A stretch of DNA of 64,000 nt. Source: the human T2T-CHM13v2.0 reference genome, Homo sapiens. The position numbers and the translations under genes were made by a program. Under the pieces are notes generated by a model that saw only the letters and a list, made by a program, of their open reading frames with translations, was not told where the DNA came from and did not search any database. The stretch lies in assembly GCF_009914755.1 (NCBI RefSeq), contig NC_060934.1; one strand, given 5' to 3'. This document shows, one piece after another, positions 33,329 through 46,320 of the stretch (positions are counted from its first letter, which is position 1; every line of letters starts with the position of its first letter).

Positions 33329-35317
33329 AACATGAGATTTGGAGAGGACAAAGCCTCAAAACCACATTAATGACTCTCATCTATAAGGGATTACTCTGTG
33401 TTCTGTGGTCATTAGGAAGAACTGTAAGATATTTTCTCTCTAGTGCACCCATTATTTTTGCCTCTAGATTGTTCTCTGTTTTTGTTCCACATGCCCCACA
33501 GCAGCAGAGAATACAGCAGTGACGTTGTTCTCAAAGTAACCAGGTTTATATTTTACCCGAATTTTTCTGCTTTCTCGAATTCCTTTTTCCTGATTATGTA
33601 TTTGAACATACCAGATTGTTTCATACTGAAATATAATCTGGCCTTATTAGTTTTACATTAAATTCAAACTTATTTGACCTTGACTATATATAAATATTCA
33701 TGTACAGTAATATAAAAGAAGACTATAACAGTGTGTTAATAAATCTTAAATTATTTTCATTTCCTGTACTTAAATAGTTGAGTGTATACATTTTTGCATT
33801 CAGTTAAATTTAACATGTGCTTTCGTAATATGGAAAGTGAAATATTACCATGCTGTGTGGGCCATCTGTACTGGGAAATATATTTACCTCTGAGTAAATT
33901 TTAGTAGCAAGTATTTTGACTTCTGTGCTATTGAGAAATTTAGACTTCACCTTATAACTCTGAAGTTAAGAGATTTCTATTAATATATCATATTCCAACA
34001 TAATTTATTATATTAGTATGTTTCATACATTGCATAAGATAGAATCAGGATAAAAGTAAATAAATACAACCTTTTTGAGTCGTGACTTTATTTCACTTTA
34101 AAAATTTATTTTCATACCAAAAAAATCATTCAAAGACAGTATTAAAAAGGATGACAAAATACATAAAATTGGCAGATGTCTTACACTAAAATAAAGTTGG
34201 TTTTCCCAGATCTGAATGGTTTTATACTACTTGATATTCCCAATTGGTCCTGAAATAAACTCCATACCCTCCCTAATACTATCTGAATGGCACTAATATT
34301 TTACTATATTAATATTCGAATGGCGATTTGGAAGGGAGAGGTCTCACTCACAGGTATCTTCTTAAAGGTATGACTATACTGTGTAATTTAACCTCATGAC
34401 CATTGACTAGACCAAAATGCATATCTGACTCAAAGCAAGCAATACTAATCTGTATTCATAAATTTGGACTGGTACCATTATTGGTCCATTATTAGCAAAA
34501 TATGTGAATTGAGAATGAGGGGGTAAAAAAAGCAGGATGAGAAAAAAATAATACTGCACTAATGTATGAGAAATTGATGAAATAGTTTTTATTTTCCCTG
34601 AAGGTTTCCTGGTTCTCAGATCCAGTTGCTTTTCCTGCCCCTGGGTTCCGTGACATCTCTATCAAGATAACAAACACTATCTTTATATAAATTAATTTGA
34701 CAAGACATCTAAACTTGTAACTAAAGTCTTCAGTAGAGCTAGAACAAAATAAATTTGCTCTGTATTAGGACCATCAATTACATTGTCCAGGAAATTTACA
34801 AAGATAAAACAGTTAATCACCCTAAGGTCATCGGGGATTTTCCTCTCTGGGTATTCTTACAAATCTACATAAATCACCTACAGTGAAACAGAGCTCTGAT
34901 TATGGTGCTGGGATCAAGCTTCCTATCAGAATCACTAATGCAAAAGATTAAATCCAATCTGAGTGTGAAATTAGGGATAAATTGTCTTTCTGTAAAACAC
35001 CAAAATTGTAGACAGAGTTAAGATTCATTCAGCTCATCTGTCACAGTCTCTTGTATTTTTATCCTGGTTAGGGCTTGTTGCAGAACCAGACAAGTCTAAA
35101 AAGTGTAAGCATTCTAACTAAATAATAAACCATAGGTACTCTGGTAAAATCTTCAATAAAAATCCAAATACTGACTAGAAAGTAAAATGAGGTAGCAGAA
35201 ACTGTTTTTCCATTAGGTGAGAGCATGCCCTGTCTAATAGCGTTAACAGTGATGTATGTCTCCCAGTGATAGAATCTAGTGGCTTAGGAGAACAGCTGAA
35301 GCTGTTAGAATCACCCA

Positions 35318-35724
35318 GGCCACATCTTGAAGGCTTTGCTGCCTAGAAATTCCCTCCACCAGATACCCTAAGTCATCACTCTCAAGTTCTAACTTCCACA
35401 GATCCCTAGGACATCGACAGATGCAGCTAAGTTATTTGCTAAGACATAGCAAAAGTGACCTTTACTCCATGTCCCAATAAGTTCCTCATTTCCATCTGAG
35501 ACCTCAACAGCCTAGAATTCATTGTCCATATCACTATCAGCATTTTGGTCCAACCATTTAACCATTTAACCAGTCTGTAAGAAGTTCCTAACTTTCCCTC
35601 ACCTTCCTGTCTTCTTCTGAGCTCTCAGCACACTTACCTACTCTACCTGTTACCTAATTCCAAAGCTGCTTCCACATTTTCAGGTGTCTTTATAGCAGTG
35701 CATCACTCCTTGGTACCAATTTTC
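35318..35724 (-). mobile_element. MST/MaLR internal sequence (5' leader)
   Basis: Abuts the LTR via 'ggtaccaattttc'; 'cccaataagttcctcatttccatctgagacctc'. Confidence 0.85.
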
Positions 35725-36152
35725 TATATTAGTCATTTCTGGCATTGCTATAATGAAATACTGGAGACTGCGTAATTTATAAAGGAAAGAAGTTTAATTG
35801 GCTCGTGGTTCTGCAGTCTATATGGAAAACATGATGCTGGCATCTGCTGCATTTCTGAGGAGGCCTCAGTAAACTTACAATCACAGTGGAAGGCAAAGGG
35901 GGAGCAGGCATGTCGTATGGCCAGAGCACGAGCAAGAGAAGAAGGGAGGCTACCACAACACACACTTTTAAACAACAAGATCTCATGAGAATTCACTCAC
36001 TATATCGAGGACAGCACCAAAGGGATGGTGATAAATTATTCATAGGAAATCTGCCCCCATGATTCAATCACTTCCCACCAGGCCCCAACTCTGACACTAG
36101 GGATTGCATTTCAACATGAGATTTGGGTGAAGACACTCATCCAAACCATATC
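35725..36152 (-). mobile_element. MSTA/MSTB LTR (5' LTR)
   Basis: 'tattagtc...gcattgctataa' to 'ccaaaccatatca'. Confidence 0.9.
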
Positions 36153-36164
36153 ATTGAGGTAATG

Positions 36165-36400
36165 ATAATAGTCTAAATTATAGATACAAAAAATATAATA
36201 GTTGTTCCCAAGACATGGGGAGTGGGAGACATTGGGAATTATTTTTTTAATGACTATAGAGTTTCAGCTTTACAAGATCAAAAGAGTTATGGAGATATAT
36301 GGTAATTGGATATTACAAATGTATTTAATACAACTGGGCTGTACGCTTAATAATAATGACAGTGGTAAATTTATATTACAACAACAAAATAAAAAGAAAA
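36165..36400 (+). mobile_element. L1MB-like 3' end
   Basis: 'tatagagtttcagctttacaagatcaaaagagttatggagat'. Confidence 0.7.
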
Positions 36401-36865
36401 AATATACCTGATGATTTTTTAAAGTTTACGTATATACATACTATATGTGATATTTTTAGCCCTATACCTAGTACCTTTTCAGTAACTAGTAAAATTATAT
36501 AATTATTACAGAAAAGTGCTATGAATTCTTATTTTATTTGGAGTCCACTCAGAGTCTTTAAATTCCATGAAAGATACCAGAAGCATATTTGTTGTATAGA
36601 GAGTAGAACAAACTTTACCCAACTTAGATGGCTTTTATGAATACCTTGATTCTAGCTACATGGCAGACATTCAGTTTTGTTATTTAAATTCAAAATTTAG
36701 TTAAGTAACACTGGTAACCATGTAGCTGAGGGAGTGAAGGGCTGATGGGTAAAAATACGACAGTAAAAGTATTTTAAACCATGCAGAAATCACATATTCA
36801 ATTAGAATATGTGACTGCAAGTATGTAGCATAAAATGTTGAAATCACACATACATTTGGCTACAT

Positions 36866-37580
36866 GTGTGATTCCACATTGGTATAATATCAAATAAGTT
36901 GACTTCGTCCCTGGCTCCCTGGAGGTAACTTCAAAATCTTTGAAGATTCTCTAATGATATGAGTGTTATTCATAATAGGCCCCTTAAACCAAATCTGAGA
37001 TTAAAGTAATGAGATGACTAAGGATGGGTCACACCAGAAATAATAATGATGAGATTAGAACTTTCGAGCTTTTGAGCCAGATGATATCAGTCCTACCTCT
37101 GAGAAAGAAAGGAGGGATATTTTGTTCAAGCATGTGGCCAGTGATTTAATTAATCATGGCTAAGTACTGAAACTCTAAGTATATAAAAACTTTGAACAAT
37201 AAGACTCCAGTGAGCTTCCTGATACACATGAATGTTACAGGAGGATGACACATCCTGAGGACAAGAAACTCCACATTTGGTATCTTGCAAGACTTCACCC
37301 TATGAGTCCCTTTATTTGGCTTGTTCTGACGTGGATTATTTTTAACAAAACTGTAATCATAAATTCAGTGATTTCCTGAGTTCTGTTAGCTGTTCTAGTA
37401 AGTTATCAAACCTGAGGTGATAGTGGGCACTGCCAAATTTCTAAAAAGTTGGTCAAAAGTGGTGCTTGCAGCTATCGTCTGAAGTAAGGATAAGCAGTCC
37501 GATGGAACTCTGCCCTTAACCTGAGAAGTCTGTGCCAACTCCAAGTAGTTACTGTACATACTGCATTGCAAACACTGAAA
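36866..37580 (+). mobile_element. MER21-like (MER21C) LTR
   Basis: 'ttattcataataggcccc...aatgagatgact', 'cctgagttctgttagctgttctagtaagttatcaaacctgagg'. Confidence 0.75.
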
Positions 37581-39424
37581 AAAAGTTCCTAAGTGTAAGC
37601 ATCTCACAGATATGTCAGAAAATACAATATAATTTTTTAATTTTTAATTTTTTAATTTTTCATGAAATAAGTAACCATAATAACTTTTCAAAGGCAATAT
37701 TTCACAGACAGTAAAATTATATATTTTAAATTACACACATAGTATTATCAAAACTTGAGATTTGTTGAAATAGGTTTTCTCTGATTCTCCTGAGAATAGT
37801 TGCAGGACCAGAAATTATCCATAGCATATTTTGAAATAAAGTAAAAATTAATGGTTTTTTTCAGAACAAGTTTTTAGAAATATGTAAAATAAAGTGGACA
37901 TCATTTTAGTGACAACTCTAAAGTGTTGACAGCCAAGGTGGCAGGTAAATTGTTAATGTGTCTGAGAATTCCTAACATTATAACCTGGTTAGAATTTAGC
38001 ATTAACAATAAATATGTTATATGCTATCAATATGAATATTTGCTGTTTAATCAATACAAGATTTAGAAGTTTGATTTGAAATTGTTTCATTTGGGAGGAA
38101 AGACAGTTTTAGTCCATATTTTAATATATAAAATATAAAATTGTATTCTCATTTTTAAATCTTTTTCAGCTCAATATTCTGTAACATGTTTTTCTTCTCA
38201 AGTAAAAAAATTCCTTTCCTTAATGAAACTAAAGGTTATTTCCTGGATGTCTATATATCTATCCCAGATGTTCAACAATTGGCAGGAGATTTTTGTCATG
38301 TAGAAATGAAGGTTAAATTTGGTGACGGTATTATTATTTATAAATTCAAATAAAAGCTGAATGCAAGTATTATATGAATAATCGGCACTAACAATAAGTA
38401 ATAATAACAAGTTTTATTAAAATATTAAAAAAGAGCTATTTGTTAAGTGTGAGAACATTCATAGGGTCTTACGATTTTTATGGAGATTAACATTGCTAAT
38501 TTTTCTGTTTTATATAAAAAGGATAAATTAATGTTTAATAGTAAATTATTTCATGAGAGCAAATATTTGTTTTTTGTAAGAATACATAAACGAACATAAA
38601 AATGAAATACTATGTGTAAAAAATCTAGAAAACATAAATTTTGAATTAAATGAACAAAAGGAAAGTTGATTGAAGGTCATCATTGTGGCTTGACCAAATA
38701 AAGTAGAGAATCCAGCTCAAAGGCTCTTATTCCACTCCCAGGTATCTTGGCAGCATTTAAGAAACATAAAATGATAAAATGAGACTTACTGCTTGAGGAA
38801 GCTTTAGGATATTGCTAGGCTCTTGCTTACTCTACTGATGCAGGTCAATTCTAGGTTAATTACAAATTCCATGTCAGTTATAAATCTTATAGTTCTATAT
38901 CTCCACATGGCCTTTCCCCTTCTATATCTTGTCATCACTGCTTGGAAAGGACAATTTCATGAGAATTGTAGAAACTTACTTTGCTGACTCTGTGCATGAG
39001 CTGAACTCAAAGTATTCTATTGCTTTATTTGCTCTTCTTTGTCCTCTTTTATTGAAGAGAACACCAGTAGAGCAAATAATAGGCACCAGATGGGTTTCAG
39101 AATTCAAAAATTTGGAGAATGTAGTAAGACAATGCCATGTAAATTCTGTATTACATAAAATTTCTGGCAGGATCGGGGCAACATCCTGTAATCAAATCTA
39201 TTGATAGTTTTTAGTAAAATATGTGAACATTTACGCAAACTAGGATACATAAAGACAGACTATGAATAACTTTATGTTTTTTCAAGGCCGACTTTGTCTC
39301 AAAATGAGTTTTGCCAAATTTTTATTTTTTGTATATTTTGGATTTCAGAATTTCGGTGAGATTATTATGTAATTGTACTACATTTTAAATGTATTATTAT
39401 TTATTTTTTATAATTACCCCATGA

Positions 39425-39757
<333 letters not shown>

Positions 39758-40475
39758 TGAAGTTTTATTATCACCTGTTGAGAAGTTTACTGACTTACCT
39801 AGAGTCATACAGCTACTAAATTGTCATGTAAGATTTAAAACCGTCTGACTTGAAAGCATATTGCATCAGCAACTGAACTATACTATTTTGCAATACGACT
39901 GAGACCTGAATGTATTTAAGAATATGCATGTGACACAGAACCAAAAAGTGAATTTAGGAAAATAGTGTATGGTTTCAGCAGAAATATTCTTTCAGTTGAC
40001 AGACAATAGGCAAAGTTATTATTCAATGATAAATTCTACTATTTTCTGTGTCAATATGTATTACAATTACCAAAGACTACCAAAATATATGGTTTTTAGC
40101 TTGGTTCATCTTCGGGTCTCATGATTAAATATGAGAGTGTGGAACTTAGAGAAGATTATCTACTAGTAGATAAGTGGAGTTGTAAAACAAGGTAGAAATG
40201 TGTACTAGAACTTGACTTAATTGGAAGCCACTGTCAGTGGCCCATTAATATATCGTGGAAGGCTTTAGCTAAATGGGAAGGAAGGTAAAGAGTTTAAATG
40301 AGGCTGAAAATTATTAAAAGGTGTGTGCATTGACCTAATGTATGGGTATGTTTGAATATGTTTGGCTTATTCTGGAAGATTGTATATCCTTATGGAGAGT
40401 CTAGATTTTAGGAAACATAAATATTCTAGACACTGCTCTAGGTAAAATAGTATGGTTACAAGCATACTCTAAAAG

Positions 40476-41095
40476 TTAACACCCTCAAATCAAAGTTCAC
40501 TAGTAACATATCTCTAATAGATTACAGTTGAGCATATTGACTCTTCACAATGAGGAAGAATGCGCAACATAGAAAGTCAGGGGGGGTGTCATTGAGAAGA
40601 TACTTGAAAGTACTTATAGGATTTAAACTTATGTTAGATTATTTGAGGAAGGGTTCAAAAAAGCAGCCCTTTGATTTCGATACGATGCTATCAGGATAAG
40701 GGAATAATTTGGTTTCCCGATTACATCTTATCTAAATAGTTGGTAGAATGAAACTAAGCTAAAGCTGCAATAGGTAACAGGGCTGCAGTCACTCATGTTA
40801 GCTAGGATAGGAAAAAGGGATTTTTGTTTTTGTTTTTGTTTTTGTTTTTGCTTGTTTTTTGAACAATGTTCTTGCTTCTCTGAGTTCAGGCATTATTACA
40901 GAGTGTTTTTGTTTTTTTCTTAATCTGTCATGGTCACACAGTTATTATTTTGTGAACACTGAATTAGTGTTCAATGAAAATGTTTATATTCAAAGAGCAC
41001 CAAGACCTAGCTGTAAGTATAGCTCTTAGCAACGAGGTTTAACTGATAGATACCAAGCCATTCTGGCTAACAGGGACTGCTGTTCTATTCCTCAA
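40476..41095 (-). mobile_element. ERV LTR (family uncertain, MER89/90/92-like) with (TTTTTG)n at 40821-40860
   Basis: 'gcagtcactcatgttagctaggatagg', 'ctgtcatggtcacacag', 'ccaagacctagctg'; ends '...ttcctca'. Confidence 0.6.
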
Positions 41096-41206
41096 ACTAA
41101 AGAAAGATAGCTAGAGTTTAAAAGGATAACATGATTTTGAGGGGAAGCAAGTGGACTCTACTATCAGCAAAGACATAGAAATAAGTGTACCTACTTGGTG
41201 CTATTG

Positions 41207-41328
41207 AGAAATGAGAGCACATGCTTGGTGCTATTGAGTCTTAAGTAGACTCTCACCAAGCATGTGCTCTTGGTGCTATTGAGAGTCTACTTAAGACTCA
41301 ATAGCACCAAGCATGTGCTCTCATTTCT
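41207..41328. repeat. Perfect inverted repeat, 49-bp arms, 24-nt spacer
   Basis: 41207-41255 agaaatgagagcacatgcttggtgctattgagtcttaagtagactctca is the exact reverse complement of 41280-41328. Confidence 0.97.
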
Positions 41329-41529
41329 AGCCTTTCAGGACTCTGAAGAGTTACTTCAAAGTTAGTTTGAGCTATTCTGTTGATTTTGATGTCAGGAAAT
41401 ATACTATGCTGTCCAAGTGCTAGGATGTCACTTTATGGATAAAGAAATGTGGGAACACATGTTAATTTTATTTTATTTTGTAAGCGTTCTTACAAAAACA
41501 TAAAAGATGACACTTACACTATTTTCATT

Positions 41530-41746
41530 AAGAATATTTTACTGCATATTTAAAGTAGAAAACATGATGTTATGGGATACATATAGATAGTAAAAAGATT
41601 ATTATAGTGTAGCAAATTAATATATTAATCATACCACACAGTTATTCATGTTTTTTGTGTGTGGCAAGAGCAGATTATTAAAAGTCTACTCATTTAGTAT
41701 AAATACCAAATACAGTACAATTTTATTACCTACAGTCCTCATGTTG
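41530..41746 (-). mobile_element. L1MA-like extreme 3' end
   Basis: 'aacatgatgttatgggatacatatagatagtaaa...tacagtcctcatgttg'. Confidence 0.75.
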
Positions 41747-43555
41747 CAAAAGTCATTATAGGAAACAGTATGGAGATTTCTAAAAAAATGAGAGAAATGA
41801 GAAACAGAACTACTATATGACCTAGCAATGCCTCTGTTGGGCATACACTGGCAGCAGCAGCCAGTCTGGAGCGGCCACTAAGTAGACACTGGCTGCAGTT
41901 GGGGAGACACGACAGGGGCTGTGCACTCCATTGAGCCTGCAGGAGCCAGGAACAAGCAGTTGCCCTGCCCCCTTCCAAGTTGTGGGGGCAGGAACCCCAC
42001 CCTCCCAGACGTAGCTGCAGCCACCCAGTCAGACCTAGGTGGCCCCCCTGAACCTGCAGGCTCAGAAGTGCCTCCTCCTGCTGCCTGGCCTCCCCCTGCT
42101 GCAGGTGCCTGCTTGGATTTCAGAGCAAAATTGTGGAGCCTAGGCATTGTCATGACTAGGCCAGGTGTGTGTGCACTCCGTGCCATGCTGACACTCAAGC
42201 CCCCTGCTGCCTCAGTCTCCTTCGGACTTTGGGCGCCGACGAGCACAGGAGGGAAGCCGAGGTGGGTAGGCTGAGGTCAGCTCAGCAAGGGCCTGCAGGC
42301 ACTCCTCAGCATGAACATCTGGGAGTTGTGGATGACATATAGATGGCAGCAGGAGGCAGACAGTCTCTGGGGTAGAAAGGAGTGGGTCCCTGGTGAAGCC
42401 CTACCTTCAAGCCAGGGATGACCTGAAGCCAGAGGGCCGGCTGTCAGTTCTGGGTGGAGTTCCCTGACAGGAGTGAGAACTTATGGTGCTTTTTCTGGGC
42501 CCATACATGGCCACCCATGAACCAATCAATATGCACCTCCTTCCTTCTCATCCCATGAAAACACAGGACTCAGACAGACTTTGGAAGTCATCAGGTCTAA
42601 CTGCCTGTGGATAGGAGCTACCACTCTGAGTCTCCTCTCAGCTGACAGCAGCACAGACCCAGGATGACTGGCCTGCAGATAGTAGCTATCCACTCCAGGT
42701 CTCCTCTCCTCTGAGGGATGCACACTCATTGGGATGACCTGCCTGCAGATAGGAGCTACCCATTCTGGGCATCCTCACTGCTGAGAGCTGCACTCATCAG
42801 GACAACCTGCCTGCTGAAAAGAGCTACACACTTCAGGTCTCCTGAGAGCTGTACTGTTACTCAATAAGGCACCTCTCTGCCTCGCTCACCCTCCAGTTGT
42901 CCACATACCTCATTCTTCCTGGACGAGGGACAAGAACTTGGGACACACCAAATCATGAGACTGAAAGAGCTGTAACAAAAACAGGGCTGAAACACACTCC
43001 ACACTAGCCACATTGTGGGTGACAAGGAGAGAAGAGCTGTGGCCCTTTGGGGATTCCAAACACAGGGACTCCCCCAGCCACATCTGTGACATCCTCTTTG
43101 ATGCTCTGTGGTTTCTGGCATCTGCAAGCTTCCAGGCACCACCACATGCCTCTCATCCAGACATGGGCACCCACAGTGGGAGCCGATTGTGGTGCATGAG
43201 ACTCAGCAACAGGCTTGCACGGACAGCGCTTCTGTTAGAATGTAGGTCTGCCCACCCTGCCAGCAGCAGAAGCAACACCCTGCACTCACTTGCTCATGCA
43301 CTCCTTGCCTGTCTGCACCTGGCTTCCCCTTGGCAGGCTTGGTGTCCAGGCTGGTAGTGCTAGCTGAGCACAGCCTGCCAGACCTAGTCAGTGGAACAAA
43401 ACTTGGACAAAGGTGTCACTGGCCATTGAAGTTTACAGCTGGAAAAGCAACTCCCTAAGGATCCTGTGACAATATTACGATGCGATGTGAGATATCTGTA
43501 CTTCTATTTTCCTTGTAGCATTATTCACAGTATCCAAGACATGGAACCAACCAAA
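41747..43555 (+). mobile_element. L1MA ORF2-end fragment split by the MER52 LTR (pieces 41747-41848 and 43472-43555)
   Basis: 'aacagtatggagatttct...gacctagcaatgcctctgttgggcata' resumes as 'gatatctgtact...gcattattcacagtatccaagacatggaaccaacc'. Confidence 0.7.
41849..43471 (+). mobile_element. MER52-family ERV1 solo LTR (~1.6 kb, GC-rich) with internal ~68-bp tandem units at ~42595-42855
   Basis: Start 'tggcagcagcagccagtctggagcggcc', end 'ccctaaggatcctgtgaca'; polyA-signal region 'tcaataaggcacctc'. Confidence 0.88.
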
Positions 43556-43624
43556 CACTGACATGTGTATCGGTTTTTTATTTCTGTCTTATGTCTCTTT
43601 GTAGTATAAGGAAGTACATGCTAA

Positions 43625-43805
43625 TGGGTAATAAATGAGTTTTGTCATCAAATTTTCTGAGTTCAGATTAGGACTCCTCCAATGTACTATCTCCGTAATC
43701 TACTAATATAGCAAATTTAATTTTACATCATGTCATCTATAATATGGTAAAAAAATAGTAACTATTTCATAGGGTTGGTTTCAGGAATAATATAGTACTT
43801 AGAAT
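43625..43805 (+). mobile_element. MIR
   Basis: 'catctataatatggtaaaaaaatagtaactatttcatagggttgg'. Confidence 0.6.
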
Positions 43806-45089
43806 TAATTAATGTCTGTTTACATTATTATCTCTGTAATTATTTTCACATTTAAAAATAAAAAAAATCCAATATCCATTATCCATTTTAACTTATATTT
43901 CAAAATAATCATAGAGAAAAAAATCTTAAAATCAAATATCAAGTATGATGGCCAAAACTAAAAAATTATCATGAGCCTCCAACAAAATCAAATGATCCTC
44001 ACACTCACAAGTTTCCCCACTATGAAAAATGACAACTAGGGCCATGGCCTCCTTACAGAGACAGCCATGTTAGATTCCTAACTCCATTTACAGAGAAGAG
44101 AGGCTGGGTTGTATCCTAGTGAAGGAGTTTTTTTTTAGCATCCTTCACCTCAAAGAGAATTGAAACTTCGGGTTTTAAAAATCATAGTCAGTCATTATCT
44201 ATATTTTCTTTCTAAATTGGAGAAATTGTGTGAATGTGGGAAGGAAAAGTTTGAAACTGAAAACATCACTCAAAATTATATTCAATTAAAGTGTCTGACT
44301 ATAGAACATAATATTCAAACTGACAAACATATCTAAATATCACAAATAAAAACAAAACATGGGAATATTGCCAGAAGTGTCTGGGGTAATAGTAGACAAT
44401 TTATGACAATCAAGTAACTTGATTACCAAAGCATCAAAAAGCATTTAATGATTCTGGAGGAGAAGGAAAACACAAATAATATAGTTTTGGCAAAAGGAGA
44501 AACTAGACTTTTTTTCCATTAATACGCTGAATTGATAAAATGGTTTTTAGATAAAATTTCATAAGAATTTCAGAAATAAAATTCAGATAAATGAAAACTA
44601 GAATTTTTTTTAATAAAAGGAAAAGAAGGTTCAGGAAAATCATACTAGTAAGAGCAAAAACCGAACTTCAGGCATGGATACATTCTTTAACAGAGTGACT
44701 TATTCTGCATACTTATTCAGGGACATAGCTGAAATAGTCTATTTTCCTGATTGAATGGCCTCAGAGTCACTGAGTTTTCAAGCTTATTGGTTGCAATCTT
44801 TTTCTTTTTCCGTGAAGGTCATTGTCTTAAATATACTGCATACAAATCTTACCCCTTGTACAAATGCCCAGTTTTTGTTCTCATCACAGCACATTCCTCA
44901 ATTTAAAGTAGACCAAAATATATGAGTATAATACATAAATATATCTGGCTTTTATTTCTGTACAATACTCAAATCCTAGTCAGTTACAAAGACCTGAGCT
45001 TGTGAATTCCCTGCAATTCTTTCCTCCTAACCTTGCTCTTACTCTTGTGCTTTTTGATCAGTAAATTACACTTACTGTCCTCCCATTGC

Positions 45090-45470
45090 TCCATTCAGAA
45101 ATAAAGTGTTATTCTCTAAAAGGACAGTTATAAGTGACTCTGTTAAAATTTTAACTCATGTAATGTCATTCCCCTTCTCAATACTGTCAAATAAATTATT
45201 ATCTCACTTAAATTCCAAATTTCTTAGTTTGGCTAACAGGGCCCTACATGCCCTGGCTCTTGGCTGCTCTCTGTGTTCACTTCTTACCACCCTCCAAGTC
45301 GTTCTTTCCACTCTAACCACAGTGGCCTCCTTTCATTTCTCAAACATACCCCAAGCCTTTGCATTTTCTCTTTCCTTGTCAGCCACATGGCTTGCTTCCT
45401 CACTTAAAAACAGTATACAGTTTACAGAAAGGCCTTTATTCACCTTATTTCAAACAGTACCTCCATAATG
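45090..45470 (+). mobile_element. L2 fragment
   Basis: 'ccaaatttcttagtttggctaacagggccctacatgccctggctc'. Confidence 0.7.
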
Positions 45471-45589
45471 CTATCTACTTACTTTGTATCATTTCTATTC
45501 GACTTGGAAGGATTTAAAAGCAGATGTATAAATCTCCATCTTCTTGCTTTGCATGGGAGCTCATGAAAGGGTTTATTGATGAAGTTTCC

Positions 45590-45765
45590 TGATAAATATT
45601 TAACAACTACTTCTGAAACAAGGCAAAAAGAAAGTCTTAATAGCATTTGCTGATTTCATGACTTCTAGTGGTATACCAAAATTATGTCCCTGAGCGTGAA
45701 GTTGGGAAGAGATGCCAACAAAAGATCTGCCAGTTAGCACAAGGTCAGCTCCAGTCCAAAATGAA
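45590..45765. mobile_element. MER63-like hAT DNA transposon fragment
   Basis: 'taaatatttaacaact...gaagttgggaagagatgc...agctccag'. Confidence 0.6.
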
Positions 45766-45849
45766 ACCATAACATCAAAGTAGCTTGAAATGTTGGAACA
45801 ACTAACTCATGACTTACAGTTTCTGTAGAGGGTCTGTAGCAGTGTTTGT

Positions 45850-45938
45850 AGGAGCAAGAAATAAACTACTGTCTCTAAGCCACTGCAATATAGATGTTCT
45901 TGCTATTGTAAAATAAACTAGCCTATCTCGATGTATAC
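45850..45938 (+). mobile_element. MLT1 LTR 3' fragment
   Basis: 'gcaagaaataaactactgtctctaagccactg...tagcctatc...ataca'. Confidence 0.55.
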
Positions 45939-46129
45939 AAATATGATTCAGGGCTGGGGACATCAACCTGGCTCCAAGATTTCTAGTAGTGATGCAAATG
46001 GCATTTTTACATAATTCACAGGCATTACGATAAAAATAGATAGCTTAGGAGAACAATTGCTATATTAAGAAAATTGGTAGAAATTCTCCTGAAAATCTTC
46101 AATTAAGTGGACAATATATAATATAATAA

Positions 46130-46320
46130 AAATAATAACGATTATTTGTTGCTAACTTTTTTCTGTAAGGTGTTCTAAGTACTTTACGGCCTTATTTCAA
46201 CTTTTTCATTCAACAAACCTTAGAGGAATATGCTTTATTACCTGTAATTACTGCTATTAAAAATGAGTTTTGGTGTTAAGAATTTTACTCATGCTCAAGC
46301 AGCTAGTAAGGGGTTGTTGA
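46130..46320 (-). mobile_element. MIR
   Basis: 'gtgttctaagtactttac...caacaaaccttagagg...cagctagtaagggg'. Confidence 0.55.

Noticed and set aside
36842-36873. 10-bp inverted repeat aatcacacat/atgtgtgatt at the MER21 edge
   Set aside because: Short, with a 12-nt loop; compatible with chance in AT-rich DNA
38929-39204. 91-aa ORF in unique sequence
   Set aside because: Non-ATG start, no homology recognised, no exon signals
41207-41328. Calling the 49-bp hairpin an annotated miRNA gene
   Set aside because: I do not recognise a mature miRNA sequence and have no expression evidence; kept only as a hypothesis
42595-42855. Regularly spaced repeats resembling a CRISPR array
   Set aside because: Degenerate whole-unit tandem repeats inside the MER52 LTR; no unique spacers, no cas genes, human DNA
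41739-43357. Cluster of 60-122-aa GC-rich ORFs
   Set aside because: Expected in GC-rich LTR sequence; no recognisable protein family
43900-44680. A-rich tract possibly from an ancient L1/HAL1 5' region
   Set aside because: Too diverged to support by eye
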